From Laetmonice hystrix (Eukaryota), in NCBI GenBank assembly GCA_965235115.1, contig OZ249445.1, positions 9,734,001 through 9,798,000 of the forward strand: DNA of 64,000 nucleotides. The letters are read 5' to 3'. The translations under genes were made by a program, and so were the position numbers. Positions 1 through 14,022 of the stretch are shown here, one piece after another (positions within the stretch are counted from its first letter, which is position 1; each line of letters starts with the position of its first letter). The notes below the pieces were generated by a model that saw only the letters and a list, made by a program, of their open reading frames with translations, searched no databases and was not told the origin of the DNA.

Positions 1-705
1 ATCATCCACCCCACGCCGTGGTCAGTCTCCGGCCGCTGGTCTCGGCCGTCTGTTGAAGACAGCAGCACGGAGCTGTCCCGACCCGCTGATTATCGCAATG
101 TCACGTGACTCACGCGAGGCGAGCATTTTTCAGTCGGCCACTTGGCATGTTGCACAAACTGCTGAGATACTTCAGGGCGATCGTGGCTGACACACATTTA
201 TATTCTAGATCTCTGCAGTGTTTAGATATAATTGATATAGGCGAGAAACCCTTCCAGAAATAGCGTAGGACATGGAACAATAAAGCAATCTCGGTATTAT
301 CTGAAACATTATTTGCATGGTTGGCGTATCCCAGGCAGAACGGCGGCTGACCCAAGCAAATAACATATTTTGCATTGATAAAACATCTTTATTTTGGTAC
401 GAAGCTTTCAGCATTATAAGTGTAAATTAGGCTGCATGGAGAACTCGGGAGCACTCTGAAATGGTTCTAATAGTGGGAGGAATTGAAAGGAGAATCGAGT
501 ATTAGCATAATGTTGAATGACCTTCTGCGGATTCTTTGTGGACTATGAATCACTAAAGGTCGTATTCCATGCATATCGTATTCGGATGTGACAACATTGT
601 TAAACTAACAGCCCACGCGTCGAAATGATGAAGGAAAGACCGGGGGGAGAGGGGTTAGCATGGTCAATTCAGAAAGTTCAATGGAGGCTAAAGAATAATT
701 GGCTG

Positions 706-768
706 CCTAGGGGGGGGGGGTGGTGTTTAAATCCACTTTAATCCACTCCCCCCTTGCATCCGCCACTG
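706..768. mobile_element. MITE end fragment (CAGTGGCGGAT family)
   Basis: CCCCCTTGCATCCGCCACTG right end preceded by poly-G; left end not found. Confidence 0.35.
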
Positions 769-2482
769 ATATCCCCATCCTTCTTTGAAGTTCTTCCTTT
801 CTTCGATCAACACCTGACGCTGAAAATAAATCACTAAATGTTTCACTGGTATTCCACGCACGTTTCCATTCTCCTCCCTGTAGATTAGTTTTAACCTTAA
901 CTATCGGGCTTAAACAGACAGAGGACTGACTTCTTCTAGAAGAGCTATGAAAACGTTTCCATGCAGACAGTAGTAATGCATCCTCAGTATAAACACTGGA
1001 AATGGAAGTCCTCGGCAAATATTTGCGACCCACTGATGAGTTAGCGTCGGTTTTATAATAGTTATAATAGGGTTAACCGTTTCAACATGAAGGTGAGGGG
1101 GGCGAATATAGGCATGATATTATCCTGGTGGGGTCCGGGGTAAAATCGGCCCAAGCCCGCCATTAGATTTTGTACTTAAAATATTTCCTGTGGAGGGTAC
1201 CTTGTAACCTAGGGGATAACTAGGGCGATTAGTAGTAAGACAAGATGTCACAAGAAGCGTTAGATGGCGACTTTTGATGGCGAAAGAAAATGTTCTGATT
1301 GTCATTTAGGTGAAATTGTTCTTCTGTAGGTCTGAGAATCGGTAAACTGTTGGCGGTGGCGGAGTAGTATGACTGGTTATGACTAGAGTCAGTTTAAATA
1401 ATTTACCCGTTTACAATCTTATATCAGAGTATATAGGAGTCATGGCGAACATTTGACCTTTACTATCACCTACCTGCCAGTCAAGCTCTATCCCAGGGAT
1501 GCTTGGCAATTTACAGGCATGGTATTTTTTAAACGTTGGTTATCCCGATGTAATGTCAAAAAAACAAAAGCTTCAAATATTGAGCCTTTTTCTGTGAACA
1601 ATAAATAAAGCTGTGCCGCAACGACTTAACTGCGTCTCATCTCCTCGAGCTTCCTGCCTCAGTACCAGGTAAATATTATTCTAGCTCATTGTGACAGTTC
1701 CCATTGTTGAAACTTGCCAGAGGTTACATCACAGTCTTGAGTTTCTTCATATGGAGCTGAGTTTTAAGGGCAAATATGAGATTGTGAAGGCTCGGGAACG
1801 AACCATCTGTTAGCAGTCGGCAGGCACAATTGTAACTCTCCTTACTCTCGCCCAGATCTCTATTTGTATCCATGAGCCCCTCTGCACCGCTGATCCTTAA
1901 TGTTCCATAACTGAAGGAGAGGCGGAAACGATCCCATTCAGCCGAGGGGGGGGGGGGACAGAGAGACGGTGTTCAAGAAGGTGACTGCCAACGTTATAAA
2001 TGTATTCTTTCGACTCATCCAGCTCATTGAGTTCAAAAAGCTCCTGAAAAATCCTTGGGGAAAAAGTTGTCCTGGAAAATCCTGGAAAACCCCTGGAAAA
2101 CTGGCAAAACACATGGAATCATGTTAGCCAGAAAGAATTATCCTGGAAAAGTCGCGAAAATCATGTGCAGAGGTCTTAGAGACGTGTATAGATAGATTGC
2201 AATTAATTAATTTACAGGATCAAATACGCAGCGATTATGGCAGTCTTTCAGTTATTATAAACCTGTGCACAAATTCATAAATCCGTTCTACCCTAATTGG
2301 CTGCTAAACTATTATGATGTTGGAATACAATTTAGCAATGGGATATGAGACAAAGTGGAACCACACTCGCGAAAAACTAGTTCAAGGTCAGGGAAGGGAT
2401 TGCGCCCAATCTTGTGTGGAGACGAGCACAAAGGCTGGCACACGGAAATGTTGATAAAGGAATTGTGGTCAAGGTTATATTA

Positions 2483-3245
2483 CAGGGTGAGTAAAAAAAA
2501 TACATTCAAAAATAGGGTGATGAATCAGAGATTTTGCAAAATTAGGACATTGTAGTAATCGGGCCAAAAAGAGTAACTCGTGTGCTTCAATTTGGTAGTT
2601 GCTCCACTAAGATGCGTCCAGTCATAAAGAAATACTTGCCATTTTTTTAAACCCCCTAAAATACCACTTGCGCCAAGTGAGACTTTTCAATTCAAACAAA
2701 ACATGATGTAAGTAATGAAAAGCAATGAAACGGGCCAGTGCCACTGGTGTTGTCTTGGGTTTCATAATCAATTCAGATCTGTGGATGTTGCTCATAGTCC
2801 TGCTTGGTGCTGCTAAAGCATGGTGCGTCCACAGTTGACACCCAGGGAGAGAGTGGCACTCTGCGTCTCGGCAAATTCATTGACCAAGAAGGTCCTTTGC
2901 TGTGGTGTAAACGCTGCTTTAAGGGCACCTAGGTGAAGTGAACTGATCATGCCTTCCAAGACCACAGCCATGACAATGGCCCATTTGATTGTTTTTCATT
3001 GCTTCCATCATGTTTTGTTTGAATTGAAAAGACTGTCTCACTTGGCGCAAGTGGTATGTTAGGGGTTTTGAAAAATGGCAAGTATTTCTTTATTATTGGT
3101 CGCCTCTGAGAGAATCAACCACCAAATTGAAGCACAAGAGTTACTCTTTCTGTACCAATTACTACATTGTCCTGATTTTGCCAAATCTCTGATTCATCGC
3201 CATACTTTTAAGTGTATGCCCTATAGGTTTTTTTTACTCACCCTG
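2483..3245. mobile_element. Non-autonomous Tc1/mariner-type foldback element (763 bp)
   Basis: Termini CAGGGTGAGTAAAAAAAA...TTTTTTTTACTCACCCTG, TA duplication on both sides (2481-82, 3246-47), inverted arms of about 290 bp at roughly 80% identity by eye. Confidence 0.9.
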
Positions 3246-3476
3246 TATACTCTAGAGAGAGAGAGTGAGATGACGTGAGCTCATTTATTGAAGTAATTGA
3301 ACTATACATGTGTGTACGCTAGTTGCAAGGTGCCTTTTGTCTCTGGTTCCGACTCCTCCGGATTGAACGTCTGCTGGACATAACTGATTCGCAGTCTCCC
3401 CTCTAGAATAGCGAGTAGCAGACGACACGACTGAGATTTATATGAAGGGGAAAAGGCTTGTAAAGTAATTCTCCGC

Positions 3477-3963
3477 AAGCGCGTGCTGCGCCCCCACCGT
3501 CAGAGTTGGGAACTGCCTGTCGATAACGAGGCGGCGCAGACGGAAAGCGCCGACAGGGGCGCTCCATTGGACGGCGCCGTGGTCGGCGCGACGCGACCTC
3601 AACGTGACTGGGCGCACAACGCGGCGTCTCCCGCCGTGCCACGCGTTCTCTCGGCTGCCATCGTTCAGGCTAGCCGACCATAAAACACACTGAAACGATT
3701 CTCCAGCGAAACGAAACAATCCACAATGTAATGCTCTGGTGTCTCTTGTAATGTTTTAATGCTAAAAAGGTTTATTCCTGTCTACAGAAAGGAGTAGCGT
3801 GCGGAATGGCAGGAATGAGAACCCTGAACCCTGAGTTGTGGTGACGTCAGGGACTTTTGGATGGAGGATGGTGTTGAATAACTTGAAGGTCTATGCTTCT
3901 TCTCAAGGTGACGTGACGTAATATACCCAACTCCGAGATTAACTCCGTAGAGAATCGTCGAAG
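3477..3963 (+). promoter_or_regulatory. Candidate promoter/5'UTR of the nAChR gene (CpG-rich patch, CRE motifs, possible 5'UTR acceptor)
   Basis: CpG/GC-rich patch about 3477-3710 with reverse CCAAT (ATTGG about 3566); TGACGTCA 3842-49, TGACGTGA/TGACGTAA 3909-21; acceptor-like TTTATTCCTGTCTACAG| ending 3787. TSS not determinable. Confidence 0.4.
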
Positions 3964-4045
3964 ATGGAAGTGTTCTTCTCACAAAGTACTATATGCTGGC
4001 GACAACGCTACCTGCTGCTCTACCTGGCAGTTCTTGTGACCACAG
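3964..4045 (+). CDS. nAChR coding exon 1: signal peptide MEVFFSQSTICWRQRYLLLYLAVLVTT(V)
   Basis: ATG in AAGATGG context, basic residues then hydrophobic core, strong donor ACAG|GTAAGT at 4046, phase 1, matching the phase-1 acceptor of exon 2 (G+TT=Val). Linkage across 25 kb is inferred; no better signal-peptide exon was seen nearer exon 2. Confidence 0.7.
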
Positions 4046-7000
4046 GTAAGTCCCTCGTCCCATAATACAATTGTTCTCAGCTGCCTTCACTATTGCTCGC
4101 GAGCTTGTGTGAAAAAGAAATGAATCTCACAATATCGCCACACTTATCCGGTAGTCATTCTACGTTCTTGAGGAGAGAATGAGCCGTTACTGTGAGATTT
4201 GATGAGTAACGGTCATTCATCATTGTTCCTATAGCCGGCCCAGAGCTATGTATATTTGGATAGTATTGATAAGGATTATGTTTGCATGTTCTGTAAGCAG
4301 TTGCTGTAGACACATACTTCCTATGAAGGTCCAGGATTAATTACAGGTGTGTCACGGTGCAGGATTGGTCAAAGATTTCTGTACTACTCAGATCATATAA
4401 TGACTTGTTACACATTAAACCTTCCGGTTAGACCATCTGAGACATTAACGGTGATGGAATGGTATCTCACAAATATTGAATGTGACATAACTGAGTGTTA
4501 AATCTCACACTTTAGAAGACAGACGCTGTTATTTCCATTGTTTCCTAGTAGATTTCTTTGCGTCCTCACCTTGCAAGGCTTGCGTGATGTGCCGCCGTCA
4601 GGGTTTATAGTTTGGATATTAAGTATGACGCCTGGCTCACAGTTTGGTGTCATGTTAGTAGTGCCCATAGCGGATATCACCTTCACATCTGAGAAAGGCA
4701 TGTGTATAGGGATGGGCGAAGTCATCATTTGTTTAGAACAAAGTGATTTATTCCACAGAAAAAAAAATACATAAAGTCAGTCTAAAGAAGAAAAGACGGG
4801 AAAGAAGTGGATTTGAGATATAATAAGTTGAGGGCCTTCGCCTATGTGAGTGCGGTTTCCTAAACATTTTGTGCACGTGTTGCCAGAAGTGACGTTACGG
4901 ACTCGGGACGCCCACTTCCGGCAGCACAGATGTTTTTAAAGGAAAATATTTAATATTTAAAATGGTGAACCCCTCAAGGGACATTGAAGTCAGAGGTACA
5001 GGGTCAAAAGATGTAGGCCTACTGTATACTATGGATTCACCTAGAAACCATGCATGACATCTGTTTTTTTAATCAGAGAAACTTTGCTGCAACCTTACAG
5101 CTAGAGATGAGTAGGAACTATTTCGAGATAATACGACCACCACGGATTTCACTTGCATTGACTGTGATATAATAAGACGGTTGCTCAACTAATGGCAGTG
5201 TATCGAAAACTAACAACATTAAAGGCTCGATGTATCTGAGTAGAAAGGCCATGTTTCGCTTTGAGGAAGTAAAAGCTTTCATGGTGGCACACACGGAAGC
5301 TCCACAACAGGTGTGTTACATGTGATAGGTTAACATTGACACTTGTGATTTGTAGAATGAAAGGCCACCGTAGTCTGTGTTGTGTGGTTCATTGCCAAAA
5401 TTAGTCCTGATTAGTTCCTACAGCAGGGGGAGCCTCGCCATCTCAGTTTCAGGAAAATGGAACATAATGCTATATCAGAAACTACAAATGGTAGTCTGTG
5501 ATCATTTCTCTCTCTAATCATTCAAGACAACGATAATAACGCTTAGCCGATACAAAGTGTCGGCAGAAAACGGAGAACTAATGGGGCTAGCTCTCCCATG
5601 CATTCCCTTTCTCGAACTAAAGATGGAGTGGAAGTTTGGGCGTCAGTTCTGACTAAGTGGACTCCATTGATGTACCTAAAGTTCTGGCCGACCCAGCACG
5701 CCCTTGGAGCTTTTCAGAGAAATGCTCCTTCCTCCCATACCGTCGTTAGTAAAGACGGTACGGAAGTAGATGGGAGTAGTCGGCACCGGTCTGGGTGAAA
5801 TAGTTTGGATGTTGGAGCCACTTCCAACACCGGGATGCTTTTAACGGAAGTCTGCCGCCTGACCTGAGCACTTCCGCTGGGCGCACACCAAGCCCGAAAT
5901 ACACCACACCACTTGGCGCATTCACCATCCCTTTCCGTTGTCGCATATATAAACTTAGATTGCAGAGGAGAGAGAGATAAAGCGAGGGGTAGGAGAAAGA
6001 GAAATTGTGGCTATGAACGAGAGAATGAATGAATAACACAGGCGACAAAGAAACGGACAAGTTATCCCTTCACGTGTTCGTGTAAAAGTTCGTAATTCGT
6101 TATGTCCTTCGTTTTAATTACACCGAAGTGAAGACGGTGGGGTTGGCAGTGCACCCTCCCCCAACCTGCTCCCTCAAAGTTACCCGAGCACGTGCGTCGT
6201 GGGATTGACACGCGCTCACAGACGCTACCGGTTCGTGGTTGCCGCTAACAAACGCCGTACATGTCTTTCTGTCGCCATGCCTCCTTTGATCTTGCCAGGT
6301 TCTCTTCAGTGAAAAAGGATCAGGAACAGTTTGTTTCAAACATGACTGCATGAAGGTCAACCATTGCCGCACATAGGCCAGTGATAGCGCTATACCTGGC
6401 AAGCAGGCTGCCAAGCATTAACAGTGCGAGGCAGTTGGTAGTCCGTTTAAATAGGTTGTAGCAGAATTTACATGGTAACAGAGGATCAACTAATAAGATG
6501 TGATGTTTCACTCTGGATGCTGTTAATGACCGAGCGGTTCCGAGATCATTGACGTATATAACATATAGCAGCTGCTTCTATTGGTACATAGAGTAATAAG
6601 ATGGCCATTCTTAGTTGAGGTTTACACCAGAATATCAAAATGGTGCAAAAATAGGGATATAAAAATAAAATCGGTGGAAGCAAACCAAATAACGTGAAAG
6701 TATTCCTCATTATTCCTTGCAATGTCGGTGCGTCAGCAGAGAAATAAATGCATCAGAAAGAATTTTGGAGGCGAGTACAAGTTGTATGGGTGATTATGGT
6801 GAGCTGATGATTAAAACCTCCCTGGGTCGTCCACATTGTCATGGCGCATCTGGCACACCAGTGATAAATCTAGTGTCTCACACCGACCTATTGTTTCTAC
6901 ATCAAGTAGGGACATGGCATGATCGGTATGTTTCTCAACCTGTCCCACTCATGCAGCTGCCAGATTTAAACCTGTTAATGGGCAAGTCTGAGTCTGAGCC

Positions 7001-10000
7001 GAATATTTATTGACACTTCCAGATTAAATGCTCTGGGCCAGGTTTTCCCATTCACACTTGTCTTTAGTCTAATTATGCCACGCATAATAGCTATCTCATT
7101 GGCGGGCGGGCCTGCCCGTGGCGCTGGCTGACGATGACCGAAAGACAATCCATTAACTCACATTAAAGGTTTTTCTATCATGCTGATTGCAACCGTAGGA
7201 GAATGTAATGGTTAATTGAGCCGGATGACTGGCTATGGACGCGGAAGTTGGTGCCTTTTCTGGTGAAAGCTGTCTTGTGGCCGCTTTGATCAGGCCAGCG
7301 TCTAGACACTTGGTGTCTGGCCAAGTGGCGTAATGACGGTCCTAACTGTAGATCGGACCGTGGGAACTCCTTGTTCTAGTTTCTTCATGACGGAGCTCAA
7401 TTACTTCAGGAAGAAACGTTGCATGATGTTATCACTAAGAGGCATCCTTATGTCTTACAATATAGAGCCTTCCTCATGGTCATAGTCTGTAACCACAGAA
7501 AAAGTAATCGACTGCTTCGTGAATTTACGTGATCTACTAATTTCCAGACGAAAATTGGTAACTGGCATTTCTTTCTAACAGTTTATCATAGATTTGTCCG
7601 TTTGGAAACATAAACCAAACATGATTATTCGTGTTTCACTTAGTGCTTGAAGTATAAGGAGTTGTGAAAACTTTTAGCTGACACTAGCCAAAGTTACAAT
7701 CTGTAAGTAGTATATAGAAATGGTCGGTTTAGTAGTATATAGAATTGGTGGGTTTAGTGCGGGGATCGGGTGACTACCTCAGTGTCGTACGGACGTGGAA
7801 GAGTTAAAGATAATTAAATTACGATGGATAATGAGATAATACTAGGGAAAGTTCTAAGTGGGAAAGCTTCTTTCGACGGATCATCTCCACTGAGAAAGTG
7901 CTACACCTCAACCGTTTGCCACTCGCCATACCGCGAGATGATGCTGCGGTCAGTTTTAACATTTAGTCTCGAAAGGACCGAAAGTTGTGGTCGCTAGAGA
8001 GATTCATCCCTTAGACCACTAATAACGCCAGTCTGACGTGCCGATGAGATGTTAATCGATCATTATACGCAAATGGCTGGCGTGGTGAAACGGATTATCG
8101 GAAAGTAATGCAATCGACATCGCCATGCTCCTGTTTCTCCCAGCAACAGGGCACATGCACCAGGACTACGGCCAATGTGTACCAAAGCCAATGATTAAAC
8201 AGCGTATTAAATTCCCATTGAGCCTGTAAGATGGGTCGGGGTGTTGATAGGACTGGGGGCGTACAGCGGCTCGCGCCAGCCTGGCTTGTTTGGTGACATT
8301 ATTAATAGGACGGGACCTCCCGCTCCGTGTGGACTTACCCCCTCGGCTGGTCGTCATTGGAGAATCTCCATGACCCGGAACCTTTCTCATCAAGTCGACC
8401 CTATTTGAACGTCCCCCCATCAACGGAGGAAAAACGATAGAAAAATCTAATCAGAGAATCCTAGACATGATAATTATTGAAAGTAACCTACGGTTATCCA
8501 CAGTGACGCAAAAATAATTTCAGAAAGGCAAAACCTGAGGTCCATACGGACAGTTGGGCCTTCCTAGCTCTTCCAGTGATTTTTTTTCGGACCTCTCCAC
8601 TCCCAGCTTGCCCACATATTTGATTGGTGTTGGATACCAAAAATAACCGATAGCCTGGAATGACAGTTTTGGCAGTCACTATGTATAATTGTAATATTGC
8701 AGGTGCTAACGACGCTCATCTTACTGATCAAATAATACGGTATCACCTTCGGAGATTTTATCCGAAAAATGAAGCCATACCCGCCTCAATATCTTGGACT
8801 ATAGGAATACAGCTCTAGAGGGAATCCAACATAACTCGTAGACATGCACCCGTCTTCTGAACATGGAAGAGAAGTGGTTGAAAGTTATGTTGAACAGCAG
8901 GTTACCGAACTACCGCCATTCGGGCTGGGCTGGGTCTGGCCGTTCAGGTGCATGGGAGGCTGACGCATCGTCGCTCTACTAGCGCCTTAATTGATCGCCC
9001 GTACAACTTTGTCGCTGGGTTTCATTCATTATGTATTGGCTCCGTCATTATTGCCGCCGAGTGGCTCGTATCGCGAAACACCTGAGCATCGCGGGGGGTT
9101 GCAAAACTCGGCACGCGTTCAGCACGTGCCCGTTTAATAACCCGGCGCACATCATGCAGCCTCTCTCAGTCATGTAGGGAAGGAATCTTGAAGAGTGTAG
9201 TTTAAAAAAAGAGCGTCTTACACCACATGGACGTGTTACGTCTAATTTTCACTGTACGTGTTGTAAGGGGGCACATCATCATGTCGCACCTGTTTCATGG
9301 TTAATTCACGGGGCCGTTGGTTAGCTCTATATTCACCAGGCCTAACGTTTGAGCTCCTTTCTGAACTTCGGCTGGCACTCTGTCGTCGATGTTGGTCGTT
9401 GAAGAACTGAAAGAGAGCAAAGGGCAAGGTGGTAGCCAGCGAAAGCCGCTCCCCCCTGGCCACTGGTCCTCGCCACTTGTTGGACCCGGGGGCAGCGCCT
9501 TGTTCCATTTACTCAGCTCTTTGACAAGCGCCTGGACAAATGTGTCCGGAACCTCAGAGATTCTATGGAAACGACACGATGCTGTCACTTTGACAAGCAA
9601 CGCTCTGCTGCTCTGGGCGAGGGCATACTGTTAAAACCTTTACCTTTCGGCTATGTGCGTGGGTTTTCGTTCGGGGCCATAAAAGATAGAAACTGATTTT
9701 CTAACAGTTCAAGGTAAGCCCAAAGAAAAATATATATAAAAGCCATTTGACGTGATAGAGAATGATAAGGAATGAGTCTTTGGAAGGGATCGTGTAAACG
9801 TAGCATCAGTGGGACGAGGACTAAAGGCACGCAGAACAGCGTTGATGTATGCATAGTAGATTTGGTTTTAGGTGAAGGAACTCCGACAATCGATAGGCCG
9901 ACACCTGACTGACGGTGGGGGACACTGATCCAGCACCATTGGGTGCCAGACTGGTGAGCAATGAAAGTATCGGCGCAGTTTGAGATCAGATTTATGTGTG

Positions 10001-13000
10001 ATTGCGCAGACGTAGGCAGGTGTCTGAGATAATTCCCCCCTGATGCATCAGGCCTGTCACCAGCAGTTTAAAGGTGGGACTCGCCTTTCAAGGCAATATT
10101 TACCCAAAAATTTATCGAGTTGATTCGAGGCGCTTCTTAAATCCCGCGTTAAATGTATAATACCTTATCAGCAACACAGAATGACAGTGTTTCGTATGAA
10201 TTTAGGAAAGTAAAATCCATAATTAATGTCCAATAGTAAAGTGTTATCTGATCACTTCCTAGAATAATCTTCTCAGATCACATTGCTTTTGGGAGAAAAA
10301 GTCAATTATGAAAATTAAAACATGATAAAGTTAAAATGTAGATTTTGGACAGGCTCTCGTAGTGCATACGAAGTTCTATATTTCCTCCTTTTTTGTACAT
10401 AGTGTTATTTACAACACAAAACATTTTTAACAGCTTCAATGTCCTAGGGGACTCCCGTCGAGTTTAAACGAGGCGTTGCTTCTTTATGATCTGTCTGGGA
10501 CGAGACGTTGCCGGTCAGGCATTGGAAGATTCCGGCGAAGTCCGTGACGAAGCACTATAAAATCATATCGTAAAACAAACACCGTTTTCCTTTAATGAAG
10601 CATTGCAAGTTTTTCCAAGGTTCTCAAGGCATGTCACAGCATATTTAGCAATATCATGTACAAGTCTTAAGGGATATCTTAATTTTGTTGTCATTTTATG
10701 CAATAAGCCCACAATATAATGCAATATGGTGCTTTAGATTCGCCTTATACGAGTGTCTATTGTGCGGCGTTGAAAGTGATGGGATTCCCTTGCCTAACGA
10801 TGGTCTCGTCATGAGGTTAAGGAAACTCAAGGACTGGCTTGTGAACATTGGCGAGTAAATGCACGGGAAATTCGGGAAAAACAGATTCTAAGTGTATTGG
10901 ACACACGGGAATTCTAATTCTACAATAGACATCATCGAGACCTTGGAATTGCTGTCGTACCTGTAAACAACATACGAACTGGAAATCCTAAATCTAATTA
11001 TCGGGAGAATGGTAGTCCGGATTAGTTTTTGTTAACAACATACACGACTATAAGACGCCGAATGATGACGTGATGAGGAGAAGCTAGTTGATGAATCTGA
11101 TGCGTGATGTGTACAGATGTTTGGGTTATTGTTAGGGGGAGAATGAGATATACGAGAGAGTGTATATGTAACTACTTACCGGCCAGCCAATTCCTATCCT
11201 TTATACGTACCAACTGGCAAGCCCAATTGTCATTTCGGTGTAGAGATGATTGGTTCCACTGAGAGAATCATCAAACATGGGTTCTTGTCGGGACCCCAAA
11301 ATCTGCTTCTCCCCATTCTCATCCATATCCCTTATTCTGTTCTCCCCGCCCTCCCCCAACACACACACTTCCAATCTGCAGCAGGTATGCCCATTAAGTG
11401 AATTATACGAGACCAATCGTGTCATTACTCTAACAAGAGTGGCTTTCCACGCCACTCGTTTCTCCACACATTGCGCTCACAAGTCGGCAGATTCCGCGCC
11501 GCCTAACGGCGTGGTCTCTAACAAAGTATTCTCCCAGGCGTGTATAAATATGGAGCTCACTCGGACGGTATCTTGCTTCAGAAGTCAGCCGATTCCTTAC
11601 GAACGTTCAAAGCTATATTTCATTAGGCGTTGGGTGGTGATAACCGATGCATTGAGCTAATCAACCGTGTAATTTATAATAAGGCAGCACGGCTGTGATG
11701 CTAATTGTCTTGGGCCGTTTATCTCAGCCAGTGCCCAAAACCGGCTTCGCTTCTCTCCGTCCGTTATAGTGCTGTCGGGACTATACATAATCATTTTTCT
11801 CATTTACTTTGGCTGTGTTCAAGAGTTTATATACTTTTAGTATCTGAAACGTGATATCAATTCATCTAAATATGTATTATATCAGAGTTGCCACAAGGTG
11901 GTCCATAAAGAAGGTCGTGCGTGCCAGTCATAAAAAAATGATCATGACATTTAAAAAATCCATATGCTGTACGTGATATGTGATGTCAAGTAAAAACGTT
12001 TTATGGCAATCAGTGGCTGGAGGAGGGGGCCTCGTTACTCCAGTCGACTACTCCAGTTGGTGTTTCTACATTGTTATGTCTCTCAGAAACAACTGAAGTA
12101 TAGGAGCTTGGTCAAATACTTAGATACCTTCACCCAAATCAAACAACGCCCTAGTTAAATTGCCATTTCGGCGCTAGGTTTGCGGAACCTGATGTGTGGT
12201 GGTCATGGGAAAATTAAGGTAGCATCTGGAGACAGGCGTCGGGATCGAGCTAGAAGTAATCCGTCTTTATATGTACGCAGAGAGCCGGAGATAGAGCACT
12301 GGGCCAACCCCGGCCCTAATAATACACGATTGCTGTCATACCCAGGGGAGCCTTAGACGTAAAGTGCTCGTCCTGATTGAGTTTTTTATCTAATATCGTA
12401 GGCACGGATTTCATGTTGTATGCACATTCTGCTAGGTTCGGTTTTCGACAGGTTTGGTCGAAACATCACGACAAAATACAATGGATAGGAATTCAATCGG
12501 CCAGCACTCGTGAATGTTTAGGAAGAATGAAGACATGACCGGGTGTTGGTGTCTGGGTACGCCCGGTCGGCAACTGTTGCCCATCTTCAGGGCGAGAGCA
12601 AACCATTTATAAATTCTGGGGTGATGATGATGAGATGATACAGGAAGCCACTTGGCCACCCACCTGCCCTGATTGATGAGAAACTGGCGGACACACCTAC
12701 AACAATACGTCTCAGTGTGTCCCTGGCTTCATTTAAAGATATTAATCCCAACGTTGAATGACGTCACTAGCCTCACTTATTTCTCGGGAACTGTTCCTAA
12801 GTTCAAGGCCAGTCATTTTAGAGCGACTGATGCACAAAGCATCAGTGGTAAACCTTTGATTTGAATTGTGAAATTCTATACCCTTTGTGGAAAGGTCACG
12901 GATATTTGGAATGCTCTCGGTCACCACAGAACTCACTAGTCGCACTGCTAAGCTATACACATCTGGACATAATAATATATAAACTACCCGCGCATTCTCT

Positions 13001-14022
13001 CTTATATGTAGTAGTATAGCTATATACTAACTCATGTTTTAAAACACTGCCTGCGGATCACAGCTGACATCACATGTTTATTGTGCCATTAGAGACTCGA
13101 TACGTCTGCCTTATTTTCAAGTTTCCAGCTGTACAAACGTCGACTGGAGGCTGTCGACGCGTACCGTCTGAGGTATAGCTGTATCAGTCGGTCAGGTCCT
13201 TCGATACGCCGTCATTAAAACGCTGCATGTCGACCACATGACAGTGGCAGTTTTTCTGTTCCTGGCTTCAACCGCAGCTGACAGCGACGTCCGCCACGGG
13301 AGGCCATCTTGGCCACCTCATTAGGCGGTTAAATAACATGGAGCGGGCCTGACGGCCACCCATATATGGAGATACTTGTATCAAAAACACCACTGTCACT
13401 TTGAGCGATGACTTTTAGATGGAAATAATCAAACCAGGTGTTCCTTTGTATAGAAAAAAACTATACTGATGTTGCAGGTGTATAGATTCATTGGAGTTGT
13501 GTGTCATTATGTACATACATGGGTTACATACGATAGTTCTTAGTATTTTAGGCGACGCAAATGTCCTGCAAAAGGAGGGAAAGTAACATAGGATTAACAG
13601 GATGTAATCCTCGCTCTTTTGGAACGATTCTCGGTAGTTGTACTGAACATAAAGTGAAGCAAGAGTTTAATATTTATCTATCTGTTGATCAATACACTGG
13701 GGCAGAATCAAAGTTTTACACCATAAAGAGAAGAACTTTCAGAGGTCCATAACGTATTTTTCTAGCTAATGATCGAAACTCGATAACACACCAAGCAGTG
13801 AAGAATTGATTTTTGTCTTCCTATTTCATTGATTTCTGTTACGATATTTTTCACTGGCTTTCGTGCTTTGGTGGTTTTTATTTGGTCTATTTCGTTGAAA
13901 TTACGTCGAATTGCACAAGTGCCATGGGTCACAAAAACAACATTCTTCATAGTCTTTTCTCCCTGGGAAACGGATCTAATGTACTTAAAAACATTGAGGC
14001 GGGCCCAGTATAGAGGGATGGG

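Noticed and set aside
9301-9600. ALPPGPT motif reminiscent of a cytochrome P450 N-terminus
   Set aside because: No membrane anchor before it and no P450 sequence after it.
10068-10595. TTAA-AGG...CCT-TTAA, possible Kolobok/piggyBac element
   Set aside because: Only 3 bp of terminal inversion; no real TIR.
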